NCBI GenBank assembly: GCA_045628845.1
Contig: JAZQQE010000067.1
Span: forward strand, 915 to 64,914
Length of the DNA stretch: 64,000 bases
Source of the DNA: Oscillospiraceae bacterium
GTDB lineage: Bacteria; Bacillota; Clostridia; Oscillospirales; Oscillospiraceae
Direction: 5' to 3'
Every line of letters begins with the position of its first letter. Position 1 is the stretch's first letter. The notes beneath the pieces are model-generated. The model had not been told where the DNA came from. It saw only the letters and a list, made by a program, of their open reading frames with translations, and made no database searches. Positions 8,348 to 17,585 of this stretch are shown piece by piece. The translations under genes and the position numbers were made by a program.

Positions 8348-9489
8348 GCGGCTTCGATTCGTTCTCCGCGGATGAAACGCTCCGCGCTCTGCGCGCGCAG
8401 CTTCGTCTGCTCGGAGAAAAAGGGCGGTTCCGCCCCGGGCTCTACGCCTCGGCGGAGCTCTGCACGCTCAAAGATATCGAGGCTCTGCCGTTCACGGGCT
8501 CGGTTGACATAATATCTCACGGCAAGGATATGCTCTGCGTATCGCCCCGCGATGTCGCGAGGGTCGTTTCGCTCTCCACGAGCGGCACTTCCGGCGCGGC
8601 AAAAAGGCTCTATTTCACGGAGGGCGACCTCGAGCGCACCGTGCGTTTTTTTGCCGAGGGCATGTCCCTCATGTGCCGCAGTGGCGACAGGACGGCCGTT
8701 ATTATGCCGGTCTCCGCAGAATCGGGGCTGACCTCCCTGCTCTGCGAGGGTCTGCGCCGCATCGGGTCGGAGGCTCGTGTGATACCACCGAATGACTATG
8801 CCTCGACTGCCGACGCCCTGCGCGGCTTCAAGCCCGACGTCATCGTGGCATCGCCCGCGTACCTGCGGCGCATCGCTTTGAGTTTGGTTGACATAAGGCC
8901 TCACTCCGTGCTTTTGTCCGCAGACTATTGCTCTGCGGCGGTACGTGATACGATAGCCCGTGCGTGGGGATGCCGCGTTTTCACTCACTACGGACTCGCG
9001 GAGACGGGGCTCGGCTGCGCGGTACAATGCCCCTCGCTCGACGCGATGCACATACGGAGTGATGAGGTCTATATTGAAATAATCGATCCTGCTACGGGCA
9101 GGGTCCTGCCCGCCGGAGAGCGCGGAGAGATCGTTTTCTCAACTCTGCGGCGTGAGGCGATGCCTCTCATACGCTACCGCACGGGAGACCTCGGCGCGCT
9201 CGCGCCGTGCCGCTGCGGGAGCTCTGCTCCTGCGCTCGCGGGCGTTTACGGCAGAGTCGCGGAGGCGGAGTGCTCGCCCTCGCTGTACGAGCTCGACGAG
9301 GCGCTCTTTGCGTGTGACGGGATACTTGACTTTACCGCTGAACGCTCTGCTGACGGCGTTTCCGTCACGGTCGACGGCGACTGTGACGCCGCGCGCAGGC
9401 TCTGCGCTCCGCTCGGCATAACAGACGTACGCTCTGCTTCTCTCCTGCCGCCCGACGGGCGCTCGAAGCGCACGGTCAAAACCGTCTGA
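8344..9489 (+). CDS. PaaK-type adenylate-forming acyl-CoA ligase (from memory, resembles the DVU_1553 family AMP-dependent CoA ligase)
   Basis: 381 aa, with STSGTSGAAKRLYFT, YGLAETG, IRYRTGDLG and a CRCG motif, as in phenylacetate-CoA ligases. Confidence 0.8.
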   Translation: MSGFDSFSADETLRALRAQLRLLGEKGRFRPGLYASAELCTLKDIEALPFTGSVDIISHGKDMLCVSPRDVARVVSLSTSGTSGAAKRLYFTEGDLERTVRFFAEGMSLMCRSGDRTAVIMPVSAESGLTSLLCEGLRRIGSEARVIPPNDYASTADALRGFKPDVIVASPAYLRRIALSLVDIRPHSVLLSADYCSAAVRDTIARAWGCRVFTHYGLAETGLGCAVQCPSLDAMHIRSDEVYIEIIDPATGRVLPAGERGEIVFSTLRREAMPLIRYRTGDLGALAPCRCGSSAPALAGVYGRVAEAECSPSLYELDEALFACDGILDFTAERSADGVSVTVDGDCDAARRLCAPLGITDVRSASLLPPDGRSKRTVKTV

Positions 9490-9507
9490 CCCGAAAAAAG
9501 CATAAAG

Positions 9508-9545
9508 AAACAGCCGGAAAGAGAATCTTTCCGGCTGTTTTGTTC
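9508..9545. terminator. Bidirectional intrinsic terminator
   Basis: A 14-bp perfect stem, AAACAGCCGGAAAG / CTTTCCGGCTGTTT, with A and T runs on both sides. It sits between convergent genes. Confidence 0.85.
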
Positions 9546-9561
9546 GTGTGTCAAAACGGCG

Positions 9562-11532
9562 TTACACGCGGCTCATGTTGCGTACGTTGTAGTAAGCGCT
9601 GCGCGTGGCGTCGCGGACGTTGGTGGCGGCGAGGCAGTCGCCTATCTGATAGAACTCGGGAGCGCACTGGCAAAGGGCGAACGCCTCATCGCGCTTGGCC
9701 TTCATGCCGACGGCGCAGATGACGGTATCGGCCTCGAAGAAGGACTTGACTCCGTCCTTTTCGCCTGTCACGCCGTTGGCAGCTATCTCAACGGCCCTCG
9801 TATTGAAGACCATGTTGATATCGCTGTTCTTTATCTGGACCTTAAGCGCGGAGACCTGGAGCGAGTTTCCACCGCCGTTGATGTCGCCGGCCATTTCGAG
9901 GACGGTGACCTTCTTTCCGAGCTTATTGAGATACACGGCCATTTCCGTGCCGACGAGACCCGCACCGAGGATGACGACCCTGTCGCCCGCCTTATCGGGA
10001 TCCGAGTAGACCTCTTCCGCGCCGAGCGCATTTTCGATGCCGGGGATCTTCGGCACGACGGGCTCGGAGCCGATGGCGGCAAAGATGGCGTCGGGAGCTA
10101 TCTGCTCGGCGAGCTCGGGGGTGACGGCGGTATTCATGCGGACCTCTATGTTCGGGTCCTTATTGACCTTCTCGGCCTGCTTTTCAAGATACTCGGCAAG
10201 TCTCGCCTTGAACGGGACCTTCGTCTCGCAGAGGAGCGCGCCGCCGAGGCGGACGCTCTTCTCGCAGAGGATGACCTTGTGGCCGTAGGAGGAGGCGGTA
10301 AGAGCCGCCTGCATTCCGCCGGGGCCGCCGCCGGCTATGAGGACCTTCTTGGAGCGGGATACCTTGACGGGCACCTCGGCTATGAGCTCCTGGCCTATCT
10401 CGGGGTTGATGGCGCAGCAGATCTGCGAGGTAGCGACCATACCGGAGAAGCAGGTGAAGCAGCGCATACAATGCGTGATCTCATCGTCGCGGCCCATTCT
10501 CGCCTTGATGGGCATATCGGGATCGCATATGAGCTCGCGGGCGCACTCGACTACGTCGGCCTGACCGGAGGCGATGACCTCCTCCATCATGGCAGGGTCG
10601 GTGAACGCGCCGACGGTGGCGATGGGAGTCCTGACTTCCTTTTTGATGGCGGCGGCATACTGCAGGTTGCAGCCGTCGGGCAGGAACATGCTCGGGTGGA
10701 CGACGGTGAACGTATCGGAGACGTTGTGATCGCCCGCGGATACGTGGATGAGGTCGGCGTGTCCGTCAAGCTGCTTTGCTATCCTTATGCCCTCTTCAAT
10801 ATCGTAGCCGGTGGGATTGCACTCGGAGCCGCTCATGCGGAACTCGACCGGGAAACCGGCGCCGCACTTTTTATGTATGGCGTCGCATATGGCAACTGCC
10901 ATGCGGGCACGGTTTTCGACGCTGCCGCCCCAGCGGTCGGTGCGATGGTTGGTCACCGGAGAAAGGAACTGCGTAAGCAGCCAGCCGTGACCGCCGTGCA
11001 CGAGCACCATTCCGAAGCCGCACTTCTTCGCAAAGAGAGCCGCGTCGGCATACGCCTCGATGGTCTTCTCTATCATCTGTTCGTCCATGGCTTTGACCAT
11101 GGGGATGGGCTGTCCCTTGGGGATACGGTGGGGCCACGGGAACGGCTCCTCGTTCGGGCCGTATATCTCGTTGCCGGCAAGGAGGGAAACGACTGAATAC
11201 TTGCCCGCGTGCTGGAGCTCGACGGTCGGCACCGCGCCGTATGACGCGATGTTGATGGCCATATTGGTCATAGCGGCCCTTGATCCGACGTCGTCAAGAG
11301 AGGTCTGGGTCGGATTGCTCTTGCCGTGCTTGGTGTCTACCATGCACTCACCGAGGCACACGGAGGCAGCGCCGCCCTTGGCCCTGCGGGAGAAGAAGGC
11401 TATCGCTTCCGGAGTTGGAACGTGGGCCGCGTCGTGGAACTGGAAGCCTATGGGGGAGCTGAACAGTCTGTTTCTGAAAACCTGATCGGCGATGGTTATA
11501 GGAGTGAAAAGATGCGGATACTTCAATTCCAT
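9562..11532 (-). CDS. 2-enoate reductase / 2,4-dienoyl-CoA-reductase-like flavoprotein (OYE FMN barrel + 4Fe-4S + FAD/NAD domain)
   Basis: 656 aa, with HGGHGWLLTQFLSPVTNHRTDRWGGSVENR, CMRCFTCF, VLIAGGGPGGMQAA and VVILGAGLVGTEMA. Confidence 0.85.
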   Translation of the reverse strand: MELKYPHLFTPITIADQVFRNRLFSSPIGFQFHDAAHVPTPEAIAFFSRRAKGGAASVCLGECMVDTKHGKSNPTQTSLDDVGSRAAMTNMAINIASYGAVPTVELQHAGKYSVVSLLAGNEIYGPNEEPFPWPHRIPKGQPIPMVKAMDEQMIEKTIEAYADAALFAKKCGFGMVLVHGGHGWLLTQFLSPVTNHRTDRWGGSVENRARMAVAICDAIHKKCGAGFPVEFRMSGSECNPTGYDIEEGIRIAKQLDGHADLIHVSAGDHNVSDTFTVVHPSMFLPDGCNLQYAAAIKKEVRTPIATVGAFTDPAMMEEVIASGQADVVECARELICDPDMPIKARMGRDDEITHCMRCFTCFSGMVATSQICCAINPEIGQELIAEVPVKVSRSKKVLIAGGGPGGMQAALTASSYGHKVILCEKSVRLGGALLCETKVPFKARLAEYLEKQAEKVNKDPNIEVRMNTAVTPELAEQIAPDAIFAAIGSEPVVPKIPGIENALGAEEVYSDPDKAGDRVVILGAGLVGTEMAVYLNKLGKKVTVLEMAGDINGGGNSLQVSALKVQIKNSDINMVFNTRAVEIAANGVTGEKDGVKSFFEADTVICAVGMKAKRDEAFALCQCAPEFYQIGDCLAATNVRDATRSAYYNVRNMSRV

Positions 11533-11601
11533 GGCATTTTCCGCGCTTGCGCGCAGTCTCCTCTCGGGATAAATAGATTTTTACTCGAATAATGTTTCAG
11601 G

Positions 11602-12951
11602 TCACGCTGATTTTTTGACGAGGCGCTTGGTCTGCCATCTGTTGCTCTTGAAGCGGATGAAGCCGAGGATAAGGCAGAGGGCCCAGCTGATGGGCACCGC
11701 GTAGTACAGCGAAGCAAATTCGAAGTTGCACACGTAGGCGAATACGTACGTGCAGATGACGCGGAGCGCGAGGCCCGACAGCGTGACGGAGGTGGCGGCA
11801 TAGACGTCGCCGGAGCCCGTCAGCAGGCCGACGATCGGCATGTAGACGGAGAAGATGATGAAGAACGGAGTAATGAAGCGCAGGTGCTTTATTCCGAGTG
11901 TAAGCGCTTCGCCCTCGACTCCGAAGAGGCCGACGAGGGGCTTCGCGAGGAAGAACGTTATCGCCATCAGCGAAACGCAGATCGGGACGGACATCAGCAG
12001 AGTCTTTCTGAATCCGGCGAACACTCTGTCGAGGTCGCCCGCGCCGACGTTCTGTCCCGTATAGGTCGCCATGGCGCTGTTGAAGCTCTGGGCGGGAATG
12101 AATATGTAGTTCTCGATGCGGCCCGCGGCAGTTGCCGCGGCGATGGCGGAGGTGCCGAGCCCGTTCGCGACGCGCTGTATGATGACCTGACCGCCGGAGA
12201 CGATACACATCTGGACCATCGTCGGCACGCCGTATTTCAGTGTAAGGCGGCACATCTTCCCGTCAAATCGGAACTCGCCCTTTTTGAAGCGGTAGAACTC
12301 GTATTTTCTGCGCATATAGATGAAGCTGATGACCGCGCTCACGATCTGCGCTATGACCGTCGCTATCGCAGTTCCGGCGACCTTCCAGTCGAATACGAGC
12401 ACGAACAGCAGGTCGAGGATGATATTGAGCACGGAGGAGATGCAGAGGAACATGAGTGTCGCGCGCGAATCTCCGACGGCGCGGAGCGCCGCAGCGACGG
12501 CGTTGTATGCAAACTGGAACACAAGGCCGACGCAGTAGATGGAGAAGTACGTAACGGCGTCCCTGAGTATGTCATCGGGCGCGTCGAGCCAGTTCCCGAG
12601 CATCACTCGCGCGAGCGAGATGCCTACTGCCGTCAGCACGACGGCGATGGCGATGAGCATGAGCACCGCCGTCGAGACGGCCTTGCGCAGATCGGGCATC
12701 TGCCTTGCACCGTAATACTGCGCGAAAACGACTCCCGCGCCGTTGGCCAGGCCCATCGCAAAGGCTACGAAGAAGAACGTGAGCGCCGAGCAGGTACCGA
12801 CGGCGGAGAGCGCCGCTTCACCGAGGAATCGGCCGACGACGATGCTGTCGACCGTGTTGTAGAGCTGCTGGAGCAGCTGGCCTGCCATGATGGGCAGGGC
12901 AAACAGGAAAATCCCCTTCATTGGGCTTCCGGATGTCAGACTTCTTGCCAT
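11602..12951 (-). CDS. MATE family efflux transporter
   Basis: 449 aa and polytopic. The N-terminus, IFLFALPIMAGQLLQQLYNTVDSIVVGRFLG, is typical of MATE. Confidence 0.85.
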   Translation of the reverse strand: MARSLTSGSPMKGIFLFALPIMAGQLLQQLYNTVDSIVVGRFLGEAALSAVGTCSALTFFFVAFAMGLANGAGVVFAQYYGARQMPDLRKAVSTAVLMLIAIAVVLTAVGISLARVMLGNWLDAPDDILRDAVTYFSIYCVGLVFQFAYNAVAAALRAVGDSRATLMFLCISSVLNIILDLLFVLVFDWKVAGTAIATVIAQIVSAVISFIYMRRKYEFYRFKKGEFRFDGKMCRLTLKYGVPTMVQMCIVSGGQVIIQRVANGLGTSAIAAATAAGRIENYIFIPAQSFNSAMATYTGQNVGAGDLDRVFAGFRKTLLMSVPICVSLMAITFFLAKPLVGLFGVEGEALTLGIKHLRFITPFFIIFSVYMPIVGLLTGSGDVYAATSVTLSGLALRVICTYVFAYVCNFEFASLYYAVPISWALCLILGFIRFKSNRWQTKRLVKKSA

Positions 12952-12965
12952 TTCTTTCTTCTCTT

Positions 12966-13859
12966 TCAGTCTTTAAGTTCCCATTCGTGGACTTTTGACG
13001 CCTGCTCATACAGTCGGACGTAGCTTGCGTGTCTTTCTGCCGATATTTTTCCTTCGGCAAGCGCTTCAAGCACCGCGCACCCGTCGTCTCTGACGTGGGC
13101 GCAGTCCGTGAAGCGGCAGCTTCCGATGTATGGCTCGAATTCACGGAAGGCGTATTGAAGGTCGCCCTTGCGGGCGAGTATGCTCTCCTCCGCGTCGAAG
13201 GAGGAAAAGCCCGGTGTGTCTATGATGCGGGTGTCACGCTCGAGCGTGTAGAGTTCGACGTGGCGGGTCTTGTGTCTGCCGCGGCCGAGCTTCTCGCTTA
13301 CCTCGCCCGTCGCGGCGGCAAAGCCGGGATCGAGCGCATTCAGCAGGCTCGATTTGCCGACACCGGAGTTGCCTGTGAAAACACTTATCTTCCCGCGGAG
13401 CACCTCGCGGAGCTCTGCGACGCCCTCCCCCGTCTCCGCGCTCGTGCGGAGCGTCGTGAAGCCCGCGCCGGCGTATATGGAATAGAGGCGGTCCGTCCTC
13501 GCGAGGTCTGTCTTGTTTATGACGACGACGGGCTCGCAGTTTTTCAGCGTCGCGATGGCGGCGATACGGTCGACGAGGAACGGGTCGGTTATCGGATTCA
13601 CGTCCGCGCAGACCATTATCAGCGCGTCGACGTTCGCCACCGACGGGCGTATGAACGAGTTGCGGCGGGGCGCTATCTGCTCAATAGTCCCTTCGGTGTC
13701 GCTTATCAGGCTCAAAGTGACTCTGTCTCCCACAAGCGGGGCCGACTTGTCGAGCTTGAGCCTGCCGCGCGCGGAGCACGTCACGGTGCCGTCGGGAGTC
13801 TCCACGACGTAGCGGCTGCTGATGGACTTGATGATGACGCCATCAAGCATTGTCATCAT
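12966..13859 (-). CDS. rsgA: Ribosome small-subunit-dependent GTPase A
   Basis: It has GNSGVGKSSLLNAL and a C-terminal zinc knuckle, CRFTDCAHVRDDGC. It lies in the conserved position after prkC. Confidence 0.9.
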   Translation of the reverse strand: MMTMLDGVIIKSISSRYVVETPDGTVTCSARGRLKLDKSAPLVGDRVTLSLISDTEGTIEQIAPRRNSFIRPSVANVDALIMVCADVNPITDPFLVDRIAAIATLKNCEPVVVINKTDLARTDRLYSIYAGAGFTTLRTSAETGEGVAELREVLRGKISVFTGNSGVGKSSLLNALDPGFAAATGEVSEKLGRGRHKTRHVELYTLERDTRIIDTPGFSSFDAEESILARKGDLQYAFREFEPYIGSCRFTDCAHVRDDGCAVLEALAEGKISAERHASYVRLYEQASKVHEWELKD

Positions 13860-15717
13860 CCTCCGTCACGGGCGGCTCCGTCACGGGCGCTTCGCCGCCC
13901 GGCTCCTCCGTGGGCTCATCGGTCACCACGGGCGTCTGCTCCGGAGTGGGACTCGGCTCCTCGCTCGGCTCGGGGCTCTCCGTGACTTCGGGCTGGATGC
14001 TGCCGTCGGAGACGGTGATGTTGACCTTCGTCCTCTCGGGGATGTAGGCGTATGCATCAACGCTCTGGTATATTACCTCGCCCTGCGGCGCGTCGCTCGC
14101 GGTGCTGCGCACGCTGCCGAGAGTCAGGTTGAGGCTCTCGATGACGGCGGTCGCGTAGGCGCTCTGCTTTCCGACAAGGAGCGGCATATTCACGTATTTT
14201 ATCTCGGGTCCGGCGCTGACGGTGAGGAATACGGTGTCGCCCGGGAAGAGAGTCTCGCCCGCGGCCGGCATGGTGCTTATGACGTATTCCGACGTGACCT
14301 CGTCGGACACTACGGATTCTATCTCGTAATCAAGTCCGAGGCGCTCTATTTCGAGGACGGCCTGCTTATAGGACTTGTTGACGTAGTTGTCAAGCTTGAT
14401 GACGGTCGAGCCCGTGGAGACCTCGACCTTGATGAGGTATCCGTCCTCGTTTTTCTTGACGATGTGACCCTGCTCCGGCTTCTGCGAGATGATGTAGCCC
14501 TCGGCTATATCGTCGCTGCTGCGGTACGAGGGCTCAAAGTTGAAGTAGCTTGTATACGTCGGGTTCAGAAGCACCTCGTCGTATTTCAAGCCGACGACCT
14601 GCGGAACGGGAATGTCCTCGGCAGGCGTGAACATGTCCTTGAACAAATAGTTTTTCAGGAATATGAGCGCCGCGATGATGAACACTATGACGCAGAAAAC
14701 GCCCGTCAGCGTCGCGACGCGGCGAGCCCTGCGCGAGCTCGCGGCGTAGTCCTCCCTCGCCATCTCGCCCCTGCGGGACGCGGTCGGGAGCGCATCGCGG
14801 CTCTTTTCCTCCGTTTGCGCGGTAGGAGTCTCGGGCTCAAGCCCCGGCACGGCGAAGGTGAGCTCGTTGTAGTCGAATTCCAGCGAGGGCTCCTTGCGGA
14901 ACTTTTCGAGGTCCGCGAGCAGCTCGTCAGCCGAGCTGTAACGCTGTTCGAGATTCGGACTCATGGCCCTCATCGTGATATTTTCGAGACCTACGGGGAT
15001 ATCGGGATTTATCTCGCGCGGAGAGAGAGGAATGGAGCTTATGTGCTGTATCGCGACGGAGACGGCGCTGTCGCCCTCGAACGGGAGCCGTCCCGTCAGC
15101 ATCTCGTACATGACGACGCCGAGGGAGTAGATGTCCGTCCTCGCGTCGATATGGCCGCCCTTCGCCTGCTCGGGCGAGATGTAGTGCACGCTGCCGAGCG
15201 TCTCGCGCGTTAGGGTGTTCTGCGTCGAGGCAAGGCGGGCTATGCCGAAATCCGCGACCTTCACGCTGCTGTCGCGCAGGATCATGATGTTGTGCGGCTT
15301 TATATCACGGTGGATGATGCCGCGCCCGTGTGCGTGGGAAAGGGCCTTCGTTATCTGCGTGGCAAAATGCAGGGCTTCCTTCCACGTCAGCACACCGCGC
15401 TTGGACATATACTGCTTGAGCGTGATGCCCTCGATGAGCTCCATTACGATGTACTCCATGCCCGCTGAGCGCGACACGTCGTATACGGCGACTATGTTCG
15501 CGTGCGAGAGCATGGCGACTGCCTGCGACTCCGTGTGGAAACGGCGTCTGAAATCCTCGTCGACCGCCATCTCCTCTTTGAGGAGCTTGACCGCGACGTA
15601 TCTGTTCAGACGGTGGTCGAGAGCCTTGTATACGACCGCCATGCCGCCGACACCGATACATTCCTTTATCTCATACCGGTTGTCGAGCAGACGGCCGATA
15701 TATTTGTCATTATCCAT
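13843..15717 (-). CDS. prkC: Ser/Thr protein kinase with extracellular PASTA repeats
   Basis: It has HRDIKPHNIM and DFGIA kinase motifs, one TM segment, repeated PASTA-like units and a Pro/Glu/Thr-rich C-terminal tail. Confidence 0.9.
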   Translation of the reverse strand: MDNDKYIGRLLDNRYEIKECIGVGGMAVVYKALDHRLNRYVAVKLLKEEMAVDEDFRRRFHTESQAVAMLSHANIVAVYDVSRSAGMEYIVMELIEGITLKQYMSKRGVLTWKEALHFATQITKALSHAHGRGIIHRDIKPHNIMILRDSSVKVADFGIARLASTQNTLTRETLGSVHYISPEQAKGGHIDARTDIYSLGVVMYEMLTGRLPFEGDSAVSVAIQHISSIPLSPREINPDIPVGLENITMRAMSPNLEQRYSSADELLADLEKFRKEPSLEFDYNELTFAVPGLEPETPTAQTEEKSRDALPTASRRGEMAREDYAASSRRARRVATLTGVFCVIVFIIAALIFLKNYLFKDMFTPAEDIPVPQVVGLKYDEVLLNPTYTSYFNFEPSYRSSDDIAEGYIISQKPEQGHIVKKNEDGYLIKVEVSTGSTVIKLDNYVNKSYKQAVLEIERLGLDYEIESVVSDEVTSEYVISTMPAAGETLFPGDTVFLTVSAGPEIKYVNMPLLVGKQSAYATAVIESLNLTLGSVRSTASDAPQGEVIYQSVDAYAYIPERTKVNITVSDGSIQPEVTESPEPSEEPSPTPEQTPVVTDEPTEEPGGEAPVTEPPVTEDDDNA

Positions 15718-15819
15718 GCGCTGTCCTCCGTTTGCCCGCGGGCGTGCCGCAGGTCCGCGTACCCTTGAAAGCGTACTTAAAGTTTATCACTAATGTGCCT
15801 TTCGTACAAGACGAAAGCC

Positions 15820-16554
15820 CTATCTGGAAAATAAAATCAAACTCACGTTGTCCGGCGCTCCGCGCTCTATCGCGATGTCGAGCATGCGCTGCGCCGCCGT
15901 CTCCGGCTCGCCGCCGTAAAACAGCTCGAACAGGAGCTCCTGCGGGTTGACGACGTTGGTAAGCCCGTCCGTGCAGAGCAGCAGGTATTCGCCCTCGGCG
16001 AGATCCACCTCGAATACGTCGCACCTCGCGGAGCGGTCCGTTCCGAGGGCGCGGGTGATGTAGTTCTTGCCCGGGTGACGCCACGCCTCCTCGCGCATTA
16101 TCTCGCCGCGCTCGACCATCTCCTCGACAAGGGAATGGTCCCTCGTGACCCGTATCATCTCTCCCTCGCGGCAGAGATAGCAGCGGCTGTCGCCGATGTT
16201 CACTATCGTCATGCGCTCACCGTCGCCGACGGCGGCGACGAGCGTCGTGCCCATCCCGCGAAACTCGGCGGAGGAACGGCCTTTTTCATAAACGGCCTCA
16301 TTTGCAAGAAGCGCGCATCTCGTGAGCAGATTGCGAGGCGATATTTCGGAATCGAGGCCGGGTTTCAGGTACTTGACGAAGGTCTCCGCCGCTATCGCCG
16401 CGGCAAGACCTCCCGCGTTCGCACCGCCCATCCCGTCGCATACGACGAGTATCGCAGTCTCTATCCCGGATTCCGCTATATACTGCTCGGCGAGAATAGC
16501 GTCCTGATTTTCCGAACGCACCGAGCCCTTGTCGCTCAATCCCCAGAATCTCAT
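15820..16554 (-). CDS. stp: PP2C-family Ser/Thr phosphatase
   Basis: The sequence begins MRFWGLSDKGSVRSENQDA and contains VCDGMGG. It lies upstream of prkC. Confidence 0.9.
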   Translation of the reverse strand: MRFWGLSDKGSVRSENQDAILAEQYIAESGIETAILVVCDGMGGANAGGLAAAIAAETFVKYLKPGLDSEISPRNLLTRCALLANEAVYEKGRSSAEFRGMGTTLVAAVGDGERMTIVNIGDSRCYLCREGEMIRVTRDHSLVEEMVERGEIMREEAWRHPGKNYITRALGTDRSARCDVFEVDLAEGEYLLLCTDGLTNVVNPQELLFELFYGGEPETAAQRMLDIAIERGAPDNVSLILFSR

Positions 16555-17585
16555 TGCGTCTCCTTCATTTTTCTCTTTCGGAGCTGCCCGCAGGCGGCGT
16601 CTATGTCCGCGCCGAGCCTGCGCCGGACGGTTACGTTCACTCCGCGCTCGGTCAGCATGGCGGCAAACTTCTTCGCGTCGCCGGGCTTCAGCGGGCTCTC
16701 GTCCACCTCGTTGAGCGGGATGAGATTGAGATGCCCGTGTACTTTCTTCATGAGCGCGGCAAGCCGGTCCGCCTGCTCCGCGCTGTCGTTAACGCCGCGG
16801 ATGAGCGCATACTCGAAGCTGATGCGCCGCCCAGTTTTGTCAAAATACCTCTTGCACGCCTCCATGAGCTCGTCTATGTCCCACCGGCGGTTCACCGGCA
16901 TGATGGAGCTCCTCGTCTCGCTGTCGGGCGCGTGGAGGGATATGGACAGCGTGAGCTGGATGTTGCGCTCGGCGAGCCTATCTATCCCCGTCACGAGGCC
17001 GCAGGTCGAGAGCGAGATGTGCCGCATGCCGATATTCATTCCCTCGGGGCAGTTGACGAGGCTTAGGAACTTCATGACGTTGTCGAAGTTGTCGAGCGGC
17101 TCGCCTATGCCCATCATGACGATATGCGAGACCTTCTTGCCCGTGACCTTCTCCGTCCACATGACCTGATCGAGTATCTCGGAGGGGAGCAGGTCCCTGA
17201 CCTTTCCGCCGCGCGAGGCGCAGAACGCACAGCCCATGTTGCAGCCTACCTGCGACGAGACGCAGACGCTGTTGCCGTATTCGTAGCACATGAGCACGCT
17301 CTCGACGGCGTTTCCGTCGGCAAGACCCCAGAGGAATTTTTCCGTTCCGTCCGTCGCGGAGGTCTGACGGCGAAGTATCGTCGGGACGGAGATATAATAG
17401 CTCCCGTCGAGCCGCGCGCGAAGCTCCTTCGGCAAATTCGTCATCTCGTCGAAGCTGCTCACGGCTGAGGCGAGCCACTTGAAGACCTGCTTCGCGCGGT
17501 AGGCCGGCAGCCCGAGCTCTTTGAACTCGGCCTCGAGCTCCTGCGGGAGCAGGGACTTTATATCCTTTTTCGTCTCATTCTGCAT
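16551..17585 (-). CDS. rlmN: 23S rRNA (adenine2503-C2)-methyltransferase, radical SAM
   Basis: This is ORF 16551..17642 with the start moved to ATG 17585 (MQNETKK...). It has the CNMGCAFC radical SAM motif. Confidence 0.9.
   Translation of the reverse strand: MQNETKKDIKSLLPQELEAEFKELGLPAYRAKQVFKWLASAVSSFDEMTNLPKELRARLDGSYYISVPTILRRQTSATDGTEKFLWGLADGNAVESVLMCYEYGNSVCVSSQVGCNMGCAFCASRGGKVRDLLPSEILDQVMWTEKVTGKKVSHIVMMGIGEPLDNFDNVMKFLSLVNCPEGMNIGMRHISLSTCGLVTGIDRLAERNIQLTLSISLHAPDSETRSSIMPVNRRWDIDELMEACKRYFDKTGRRISFEYALIRGVNDSAEQADRLAALMKKVHGHLNLIPLNEVDESPLKPGDAKKFAAMLTERGVNVTVRRRLGADIDAACGQLRKRKMKETQ

Noticed and set aside
13822-15213. A 463-aa plus-strand ORF.
   Set aside because: It is antisense to prkC, whose kinase motifs are unambiguous.
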